DNA from: a virus | Lineage: Duplodnaviria; Caudoviricetes | Reading direction: 5' to 3' (one strand) | Virus record (IMG/VR): IMGVR_UViG_3300005608_000006 | Coordinates: 1-61,109 of that record | DNA: 61,109 nt | In this document: positions 38,401 through 50,400 of the stretch, piece after piece | How positions within the stretch are numbered: the first letter of the stretch is position 1 | Layout: each line of letters starts with the position of its first letter | Translations under genes and position numbers: made by a program | The notes under the pieces: model-generated | What the model was told of the DNA's origin: nothing | Database searches by the model: none | What the model saw: only the letters and a program-made list of their open reading frames with translations

Positions 38401-41400
38401 TCAAATACAGTTCCTACACCACCAGAAGCAACTGTTCCAGAACCTGCGTTAGTACCAGCTATTGTATCGCCAGCAAGGAATGCACTGCCATTAAATGAAC
38501 CAACATAAAGTTTAGAGAACTCTACATCCCATTCGAGAATTGTTGCTCTTCCACCACCACTTGAAACAGCAGTTTCACCAACAACATAACTTCCTGTCAC
38601 ACTTGTTAAAGTAATTTCATAAGCACTTTGCTTATCGGTCACATCAGTTGTAACAAAATCATGAATAACATTATTAATCATTTCATCAACAAAAGTATTA
38701 TATTGCCATGAACCAGTTCCAAACTGAGTAGTAACAATATTAGTTAACTCATTCTTATAGTAATTTAAGTTGTAAAGAATATTTTTACTTGCATTTCTAG
38801 CAACTAATTTGCCAGGTGAGAATATGTTTATAGCAATATCAAATAACTCACGCATTCTCCAAATAACTTGATTAATATTAGTTGGAGTAATTGAATCTCT
38901 AAATGCTTCTTGATCGGTATAGGCAGCAGCGTATTGTGAACCTGTTACAGAATTACCTTTTGTATAAAGTAAATTACCTATTGCTTTTTCAGCAAGTAGT
39001 TTCACTCTTTCAAGAGAATATATCCAAGAAGTTAATTCTTCGTTAACTGTTAATACTACGTTGTTTGTATCTAAGAAAGTCTGTGCTGCTAGGATAGTAG
39101 AATTGCTACCACCAGTTTGTAAATCAGATATTACACCAATCATAATATCTTCAAGACTCTGACGACGTGCTGCTAAATTATTTCCATAACTAAATGCTTG
39201 GAATGGAGTTCCATTTAGATCATATGTAAAGAATGCTTGAGTTAAAGAAGTTGCTTCCTCTCTGATGTATTCACGGTTGAAGTAGAATCTATCTCCACCA
39301 GTGTTAAAGTCCAATCCAGTAGGAGCAATTATATCATTGATAGTTGTAACTAAAGTATCAATCGCTGCCTTAACATTTGCACATTGACCTACAGTGCTAA
39401 TTCCATTTGTAGTTGCACTTACAAATGTATGGGCGTATTGATCTGATGCAGAAGATACGCCAACGTTAAATGTAATAGTTGTTGATGTAGTTGCAAGAAT
39501 TGGTAAGTTAGCACCCGATGCAGGATCAGTTGATCTTGGGTATGAATGGTTTGAACCATTACCATCTTGTGTGCAAGTAAATGTTAGAGAGTTATCTGCG
39601 ATATTAATTAATACACCAACATTAAGTGTATGAGATCCAATAGTTGCTACAATAAGACCAGTTGCAGGATCATATGTTGCTCCTGTTGCTGTAAACTGTT
39701 GAACAGCATCATCTGTAATACCCCAATCTCCGACAATTAAATTATCTGTATTATCTGCAGTTAGATCACCTGTAATTGCTTGTTTTGCATAGAAAGCTAA
39801 ACGTTCGTGTGCATAAACAGATTGCCAAACTTGTAATCTAATATGTAATAATTCACCTTTATTGTCAACGTAGAACTTAGCAGCAGTAGTTGTTTCTAAA
39901 TTTCCACCTTGTTCAACATCAGTTGCAAGACCATCTAATATAAGACCTAAGTCAGTCTTACAACGTAGAGTTCCATCAGTACTACCACCACTCTGGTTTC
40001 TTGGCATATCCTGTGCTAATGCAGGATATCTTGTAAGCATATCATATGCTGCTTTATCTACAATCGCACCACGATTTAAACGTATAAGACTTGCAGCATC
40101 TCTATATCTTCCTCTTGCATCAGTATCAACTTGATTGGTATAAATCTCATCATCACCAGAACTATGATAATCAACAGCAAATGGAGTTTGAAGATAAGCA
40201 TCAACAGTTGCACCAAGATATTCATATGCAGGTGAAACTTTAGTAACACTAGCAAGATGATCTACAGGAGTTGATGCAGATGCCTGAGTTATTGTATCTG
40301 TAAGGATATCAATTAAATTGCCAATAGTTGTAAATACATCTGCACAATCTGCAGTCGAGTAATCAAGTTCAGTGACTGCATTTGTTAGAGCAGAAACAAA
40401 TGAATGTGTATACTGATCATTTACACCAGATGCACCTACGTTAACTGTGATAGATGTGTTTGCAACAACAGCAGTAACAGCTAAGACTGCATTTTCGGCA
40501 GGATCACCAACACGAGGATATGAATGTTGACTTTCATTACCATCCTTGGTGCATGTAAATGTCACACCACCAGTTGCGATCTTAACTCTACTTGAAGTTG
40601 TTAGAGAATGAGTTCCGATAGTTAGAACTAAATCACCAGTTGCAGCATTATATGTCGCACCTGTTGGAGTAAATGATGTTAGAGATGCAGTTGTAGAATC
40701 GGTGATTCTCGCATCAGTTGTTTGAGTTAATCCATGATCACCTTGAATTGTCCAAAGAGTATTTGTGATAATATACTGAAGCATATCATCAACTTTCTCA
40801 TAAGCAAATAGTGTTTCTTTGACTGCAGGTTCAATCTGTGCAATTTGAACTGGATTAGTTGTTCTATCGACATAGTAAGATGCAGCATCCCAAATATGAT
40901 TATTAGAACCATTACGAAGATCTTGAACGATTGCATTCAGTGTATCGCGAATATCATCTTCACAATTAAGAGGTGTGTCAGATATAACACTGTTAGCAAC
41001 AGCAGATACAAATGTATGGACATAATTTCCTCCAGTAACAACTGCGTTTGCTGCAGCAGAAACAAATGTATGAGCATATTGATCTGCCTGTGCAGAAACT
41101 CCAACGTTGATAGTTACAGTTCCAGTTTGTTTAATTAAAGCACCAGCAGTTGCAGATACAAATGAGTGAGTAGAAGTATCACTAGATGTTCCAATATCGA
41201 TTGTAAATGTATCACTATCAACTACAGTTACCTCAACCCATTCTCCTCTAATAGGATCAGTCTGTCTTGGATATGTGTGATTTGTAGCATTGCTGTCATA
41301 AGCACATGTAAATGTTAGGGAATTATCTGCAATTTGAATTCTATTACCAGTAGATAATCCATGAGCACTAGAAGTATTAACTGTTAGAACACCTGATGTA

Positions 41401-44400
41401 GGAACATATGATGCACTACTAATATCTTGTGTAGTTGTACCGACTGCAGTCACATCTAGAGCAGTGTTGTATGCAGGATCAGGAGATCCATCGCCTGCAG
41501 TTGCACGAGGATATGTTTTCTGTGCACTATTACCATCTTGTGTGCAAGTAAATGTGAATGAATCTGCAGTCAGTCTAATTTGTGTTCCAACATTGATTGT
41601 ATGATTAGCAATCGTCATTACGAACGCACCAGTTGCAGGATCGTAAGTTGCATTAGTTGGTTGGAAATTAACTAAAGGTGAAGGTCCGACGTTAACAGTT
41701 ATATTAGTTGTTGTAGAAGATATAATTGGGAGAGCAACTTGTTTAGATGCAGGATCAGTTGCACGAGGATATGTTTTATTAGAAGTATTGCCATCCATTT
41801 CACAAGTAAATGTTAATGCATTATCTAAAATCTTAATTCTATCTTTTTGGATAGTAATTGCATTTGTAATCGCAGAAGAGAATGTATGAGCATATTGTTG
41901 ACCAGCTTGAGATGCACCAACATTTACTTCAAATGTATTTTGAGTAACATTAGAAACTGTCAACCACTTACCAGCTGCTGGATCTGTGGAACGAGGATAT
42001 GCATGAATCGAACCATTACCATCTTGTGTGCAAGTGAATGAAATACCACCAACTTTTATATTAACTTTTTGTCCATTCTTAACGATGTGATCATAAGAAG
42101 TAATTACCATCGCACCAGTTGCAGCATTATATGTTGCAGTTACAGGAGTAATTTGACCACCATTAGTAAATGTATTATTAGCAACTGTTAATGATAATTC
42201 ACCACTTGCAGCATTATATGTCGCACCAGTTGGTGTAAAACGAGTTCCAAGAATAACAAGTTCTGGATATCTCTGCTTCATTTGATATACAACTTCTTTC
42301 TTGATGAAGTCTGAGTTATTTGCAATTAGATTTGCAGCATCATAATATCTGTGAGATTTATTAGCAAAACCTGCAGGAGTTCCAGTTAATCTTGAGGTTT
42401 CAAGTAAAGCATCATTACTAAACTCTTCACCAAATGTAAACGATTCTCCACCAGACCAATCATCAGTATAAGTTGCTTGATCTACACCTTCAAAGTGGAA
42501 TAGTAATTTTGTATCATTATCACCTTGGAATATACCGTTTCTAGGTGTAAATGGAGCAGTTGGATAACGATCAACTACAGATATTCTTACCTCGTCAATA
42601 TGACCTGCAATTCCATTTGCATTAGCATAATCAGCACCAACTCTAAATGGTTTTGCTGCATAGTTACTACTATCAGTTCCAGTACCTGCAGCAACTCCAC
42701 CAATGAATATTGTTGCTGTAGTTCCAGTCCTCTTGATTGCAATATGATACCATACATCATTATTCAATACTGTAGAACCTGATGTTACTAAGTCTGAATT
42801 ATTAACATTATAACGAACTTGACCAGCTTGTAAGTATAAACGAGCAGCTACTTCATTAGCAGTAGATGCTCTCATATCAAATATAGTTTTAGTTCCTTCA
42901 AGGGAAGATTCTGAAGGTTTGATCCAACATTCAAGTGTATATGCACCAGTTCCAAATGCAAATTCAGCAGAACTAGGAACTGTTATATAATCTGATGTTG
43001 ATGATGCAGCACCAACGTTAACTGTAATAGTTGTTCCAGTTACAGCTGTAATTGATAAGTTTGCACCAGATGCAGGATCAGTTGCACGAGGATATGCATG
43101 AGTCGTTGTGTTATTATCTGCTGTGCATGTAAATACGATTCCATTATCAGCAATCGTTATCGTATTACTTGTGGTCAATCCATGAGTTCCTATGGTAATT
43201 ACCATGACTCCAGTATTAGGATTATATGTGGTTCCACTCTGAGCAGTGAAACTTCCTGATGCACCTCCACCAGCTGTAATAGCATCAGTAACACCACTTG
43301 AGAATGTGTGAGTTGTTTTTGCCTTACCTACTAAAAGAGATGATATACCAAACTTTTTAGTAGATCTATCAATCTGTGCAGAGTTAGTGAAAGTTGCTGT
43401 ATGATAATCTTGACCAGTAGATTGAGATCTACCTATCTTACCAACATAAACAGTTTTTCTTGCTTGGTTATATCCAACAACTTCTGCTTTAGTATCAGTG
43501 GTTCTAATTACTTGACCTGCTTGGAAGAAACCTGCACCAACTGGATTTGTAAATGAAATTTTTCTTACAAATGAATCCTCTAATAAAAACTCACCAGAAT
43601 TGTTTCCATATTCTAGTTTGTAATTACGAACATATTCACCATCTGTAAACGTTCCAGATTCATTATCATAAGGAATTATATTTGTGCTTACAATTTCATT
43701 AGCAGGGAATTTAGAATCAAATGCTGTAGAATTATCTGTAAAATCAACAATATTAATTTGTGATTCTGATATATTATCTAAAACAACGTTAGGATATGTT
43801 TGTGATGTAATTCTGTTGAATAATAGTCCAGAGAATGAAGATCCATCAGATATATTAACCTGTCCAATAAATTCGTTAGTTGTAGGATCTTGATATGCTG
43901 CAGTTGCAGTAACACGAGCAACTACACGAGACTGAGCACCTATAATTACTTCATTTAATTGAATATCATATAGACCTGGTGTAGACTGATAAGTACCAGC
44001 AGTCTTACTTAATGTAAGATTATTTGTAACGTTAATTTCTGTTCCATACACAGGAAGATCTTCAAGATGAGAGATCGCAGTAGTTCCTAACTGCCCTCTA
44101 GTAACAGTTATAGTATGGAAATTATTACTCTCGGTAACATTAGTGCAAGTAACAATTTCAGAACCGAATTGATAGTTTTTAGTAGCAACAAATGTACCTG
44201 TAGGAGGTGCTGCTTCAGCATTTTGACTACCAACAGCAATAATATCAATCGTTTGTGTAGAAGGACCAATACTATAACGAAGTTGTCCTAAAGGTGTTTC
44301 TTGTCCCTTATCAAGGTTGATTGCTTCAACTTTAGCATTATCATTTTGGAAGTTAGTAACATTCTCACCAAATACAAACAATCCTAAGTTAGTAATAGGT

Positions 44401-47400
44401 GTAATAGTTCCTAAATTAGCATTAAATCCAGTAGCACTTACGTTGACTAATTCACCTGCAACGAATGTTCCTTGAGTTACAAATCCTTCGATATTATTAC
44501 CAACAACTAAAGTAACAGTCATTCTTGCTGCAGATTGAGATCCTACAACTTCATTACCAACATTAGGGAAGATACCACTAATATTTGTGAATGTGAATGT
44601 TGATTGAGGAATATTTTGAATCTGAATATTTACATATTTGACACTAGCAGGTGGTTGTGGTGGTTCTGCAAATACAATAGAATCACCTTGAAGTTCAAAA
44701 GATACATCTGGAGTTTGAACAACACCGTTGATAATAATCAATAATTGGTTAGCATTAGCAACAATATTATCACCAAGAATTGTTAGTGGGAATTGAGTTC
44801 TAATACCATCAAATAAAGTAGAAATATCATCCAATCTTTGAACAACAGAAGTTAGAATATTTTCAGAAGATGTTAATCGTTTTTGTCTGAATAGTACTTC
44901 TGTATTATTAAACTCAGAGTAAATTGGTTCAACAAGAGAGAAGTTTTGAATATTAGGAACTATTGCTTCTTGTGCTAATTCAACAGATTTAGTTAATTGG
45001 AAATCTGTTTCTTTATTAGGAACAAATCCATAATCAGACAGATTTAATTCACCAAATACTTTGAATGATGCAGGATGAACGTTCTTGATAAGAATCTCTT
45101 TCCACTCATCAATAGATACAGCAGATTTAATTGCATAAGAGAAGTCTTGATAATAGTAACTATCTTGAATTTTCTGAATGATCTCAGATGGTTTTCCAAT
45201 ATCATCAATAAATTGTCCAGTTGTTTGAGTAATAGAACCAATCTCAAGAACACCTTTAGCGATGTTTAGATCACTAATAATACCAGAAGATTTAGAAATA
45301 ACACCAGTTAATTTTTGACCTTCAATAAAGTCTCCTGTGTAGTCAACAACTTTAAGAACTCTAGGTCCAACTTGCCATCCACTATTTGTAGAAACATAAC
45401 CTTGTGCAGTGGCAGTTTCAAAAGTATCACCTTGATATACAAGTTCTCCTTCTAAGAATGTAGATGTAACAACGTTTGCAGTAGCACCACCACCAAATGA
45501 TTCAGTTAATACCTGTTGACGACCAGTACCAGCATTCACGAAGGTAAGAGCGTCGCCTAATGCAGCGTTTGCTGCAGTGATTGCAAGTTTTAACTGATCA
45601 TTCTCAAGAGAATTACCAGCACCTGCAATAGCATAATATGTGTTAGTAGAGTTCAAACGACCAGTAGCACCAGATGCTAATGGGAACTCAGTTCCTTCTC
45701 CAGTATCAACAACATTCAAATTAACAGCAGCACCATTTGGAATACCATGTGGGAAAGCAAACTGTAGTAATCCTAAGTCAACGTTAATAACATAGTTGAA
45801 TGAAGATCTTAAATTAATTGTTGGAGTTGAAGAATATCCAGAACCAGGATCTTTAACAGCAATTTGATCTAAACGACCATTTTTAATTGTTGCTTCTGCA
45901 GTCGCACCAGAACCTCCACCACCAGTTATAACAACAGTTGGAGGTTGAGAGTATCCAGAACCAGGATCAGTTACAGTAATACTTTCTAGTATACTTGTAG
46001 AAGTTAACTGTGCGTTGATTGGGAATGTAATCTCAGGACGTAAAGTATAGTCATGTGGATAATCATAACCAAAGTTATTATTCTTAAGTTTCTTAATCTT
46101 ACCAACTTTATCACCCTTAGTGAAGATTGATGCTCCAGATCCAAATGGAGGTATAACAACAACCAATTCAGCACCAGATCCAGTTAGTCCAGATCCAAGA
46201 ATACCAGATATTGATTCAATATCAATACTTGCAGTAGTATATCCTTTACCTGGTGATGTAACTAAAACTGATTGAATTTGACCAGGAATCGATACACCTT
46301 CAGAATCAGTTCCATCTGCAACTGTAATTTGAACAAATCCACCTTCACCATCACCTGCAATAGGAACACTATTATAAGTTCCTACAGCGTATTCTGTACC
46401 TGGTGCATTGATTTGAATTCTTTCAATTTGTCTTGTAGATTGAATACCAGTTACAACAGGTAATCTAGTATAGAAACCGCCAGGATTGACAATACGAACT
46501 CCACCAATAGATCCAACTGCTCTTACAGAACTTGTTGTATATGATGCTTGTGCTACTGTAGCAGAACCTTCTGGTTCATTTTCTAATGGGAATCTTATAA
46601 CATCTGCACCACGAGTAATTGTTGCACCACTAATTCCTTGAATAGTAAATGTTCCAAGATAAGGAGAATCAGTTACATCTAAGTAACTACCAGTAGTAAT
46701 TGGTGAAGTATCACCAGTTCTTGAAGGATCAAAGTAATATGAAATATTAGTAACTACATTTCTATCTACTTTTAGTTTTACTGTAGGTGTAGGAACACCT
46801 TGACCAGTTATACCAGGAGTTCCAACTCTTTCGATAGAGTTGAATGAATATTCCAGTTTGTTGAGATTATCTTTAGAGAATGATAAGTTTCCACCTGCAA
46901 GTGAAGAATGACTGACATCAAAAAGATATTGATGACCATAATACATTTTTAAAACAGGAGACTTAACAAATACACTTACAGAACCTGCACTTGTAGCTGG
47001 TGAAGTTAATGCTGCAGATGGTAATTTATATGTAAATTCTAACGGACTTACTATTGTGTTTACAGCAAATGCACCATCATATTCATCGTATGTAACACCA
47101 CCAGATTCTTGAGATGGATTACCATCAACAAATATCATTTCTCCTACAGAAAGGTAATGACGAGTTCCTGTAATTACATAAACTAAATCGCTATTTGCAA
47201 CTGCAGTTGCTTGTAATGTCTTAGATAGATTTGCTACAAGAGTAATCTTTAAAACACCAGTTAGGTTAGTAATTTGTGTAGTTGTATATGCTGTGTTAAA
47301 ACTTATATCTCCAGAGTTGATATTAATAACAGATCCAACAATATATGAAGATGATCCAGATACTTCGTCAATTCTAACAGAGTAATCATCATCAGAATAT

Positions 47401-50400
47401 GGTTTGAACTTAGCAAGTTCGTCTAAGTTATTAGAACCACCCTCAGGATGATTATAACTGTTTAGATCTATATCAAATGTACCAGGTGTTGTATTATTAA
47501 TTTGTGGGAAACTAAATCCTTTAATTTCATTAACATCGGCTGGTATAGGTCCGACAATACCATATGTGCTTTGCTCACTAAACTGTGCTGTAGAAAGAAG
47601 ACCAAGGTTTAAATCATTTGACCAAGCATTATTGTTTACAGCAAGATATACTTTATTATTAACAGTATCAGTAGAAATAATGTAACCACTATTAACGAAA
47701 CTAGAACCATTATTCAATACAAGTTTACTACCAACAGTAAATGTAAATGATTGGTTAATAGTTAATTCTTGAACATTATCAATCTTAATAGTTGGTGAAA
47801 CTTTGAAATAATATTTGTCTTTTACTGTTGCAGTAGCAATAAGTTTTTGAGAACCTGGTGAAGGAATAGTTGCGGTTCTTGATCCCCAAACATCTTGTTT
47901 ATATGTTAATGGTTCAGTATCTTGTCCTAATGCTATTGTTGCATCATCAAAGTCTAAGTTTTGGAAACCTGCTTCAGCAAATACCATACCTGCAGTGGTC
48001 ATTGTAAGTGCAGATCCTGTTACAGGAGTTACTGCAGTTCTTGCAAATCCAACAGATGTATTTGTTTGTGCTGCTGTAGTTCCAAGTCTTGTTGCTGCAG
48101 CATCCTTATCAACTTTAAGACCAAAACCATTATGAACAACATAATCATATTTGTTTTGATTAGTTGTAAACCATGCAGTATCAGTCCAACTGTATGCAAG
48201 GGCAAATGCACCAGTTGTAGGATATGCAGTTACATCAGAAGGAACAGTTGGGGTAACTGCTCTATTTCTCAATCTTACGTTATCAACAAAGAATGTTCCT
48301 TGCTCATTTGAACGGAAGTTGCCAGCAACACCACTTCTACCAGGAATCTGACCAATATAAAGATCTTTACTACCTAACGATGTGCTAGTAACACTTCCTG
48401 TAAATACTTGTAAACCATTGACATAACCAGTATATTGATTACCTTCTTTCTTTAATCCTATAAACTGCCATGTATTATCAGCAAACATATTAGTCAATGT
48501 AGACTGTAATGCAGAACCTGCAGAGTTAAGGGCAGTTGAACTATTTGTAACAACTAATTCCAATCTTCCACTACTTACATCATAATACAACCAGAGACCA
48601 CCAGTTGCTACAGAAGCATCACCAATAGCAAGTAAGGTGTGTTGGGTTTGAGATAAAGATGTTGCTGTAGAATCTTTATAAACCATCATCTCAAATGTCC
48701 AATCACCTGTTAACTTAGTACCAAGTTGAGCAGAAGTAATTTGAAGATTTGCTTGAGTCCAAGAAGTTTGACCAGTTTGATACCCATATATTTTAGCAAC
48801 ATTATCAGCGTATGTGATAGAATTACTTGTTGAAGTAGATGTTAAGGTATAATGTCCAGTAGTATCAACATTTGAACCTGCAGTGAATGGGAATATAAAT
48901 TCATTTCTATTCCAAGATGTTTGACCAAAGGCATAAACGTCACCAGAGTTATCTGAAGTAAGAGATTGAACTGTAATACCTTCAATATTGTTTACATTAA
49001 ATTCGTTAGTTGTCTGATTCTTAATTTTACCATCATAACCAAGTTTAACTGTATCAACAGTTTTTAGTAAGTTAGATGTAGCAGATTTAGTAAATGCGAG
49101 GTTTAAATCACCAAAAATATCAATAGAAGATCTTGGTGCAAGATTAATAGATCCACCAGTTACCAAATAACGATAATTCCAAAGTAATGTTCCACTTGTA
49201 TTGACTTTAGCAACCCAGAAACTATCTTGTGTAGTATCATCAGATTTTAATTGACATGTAGCAGAAATATATGCTTCATTAAAATCATCAACAACCATTG
49301 AGCTGTTAATCATTGAATATAAAGCGTTTGTGTAAATATTAACCCAATCAATAGTAATTGATGCAGTTCCTAAAGTTGCTTTACCAAATGCAACGTTTGT
49401 ATCTGCTTCAGAAACTGTAGATGAAATTTCTAATGTAAAGTATATGTCATCATTAATTTTTGCAAGAGATGTAAGTTTTTCTGAGTTTGCTGATGAAGCA
49501 ATTTTTCTCTTAGTAACAAAACTTCCAGTAGTATCAACAACACCAATGAATGCATCATAAGGATTAGTAGAGTTTGTATTTGTATATCCCCCAATAACAA
49601 CTCTAGTGGAAGAATACTTCATTACTGAAGTAATTTTATCAGATCTAGTAGAACCAGAAATACCTGCATATGCTTTCTGATATGTAATTGCTGCACTTAG
49701 ACCATTTGCTGCTTGAGTATACTTAAGTAAGTAAACATCAGGATTATAGGCATCTAAAATTGATGCATTTGGTTTAATTTCACCAACAACCCAAATATCG
49801 TTTCCATCAACTGCTAATTTTATATTTTCAGTGTAATTTGTTCCAGTATTACTCTCTACAGTTTTTTCCCATTCTTTAAGACCTGTTGCTGATAATTTTG
49901 CAATAAATCCAATGTCATTACCAGAAGCATCTTTAGTTTTACCGCAAATAAAGGTTTCTTTATCGTCATTAACAAAAACATCGTTAATTACGACATTATT
50001 TTGATTTTCTACTAGAGAAACAAAATAATCTGCCTTTTTAAAGATTTGTGGATGTGAAATGATAACTCTAGGATTTACAGTGTACCCAGAACCAGAATTG
50101 ACGATATTTACAGAACTAATTGAACCAACACTTGTTACAACTGCTTCAAGTGAACCAGAAGAACCATCTCCATCAATAGTAATTACTGGAGGAATGTCAG
50201 TATTGTATCCAGAACCATTTTGAGTAATTACAATCTCTTCAATACCTTTAATTTGTCTAACTACGAACGTTTTGTTCGTGCTACTCATAAGAGGTGAATA
50301 TGCAACAGTAACCTGATCACCAACTTGTAAATTATGAGGACTATCAGTTTTTAAAACACCAATATTGTTACCACTCACATTTTCAAAACCATATGTTGAA

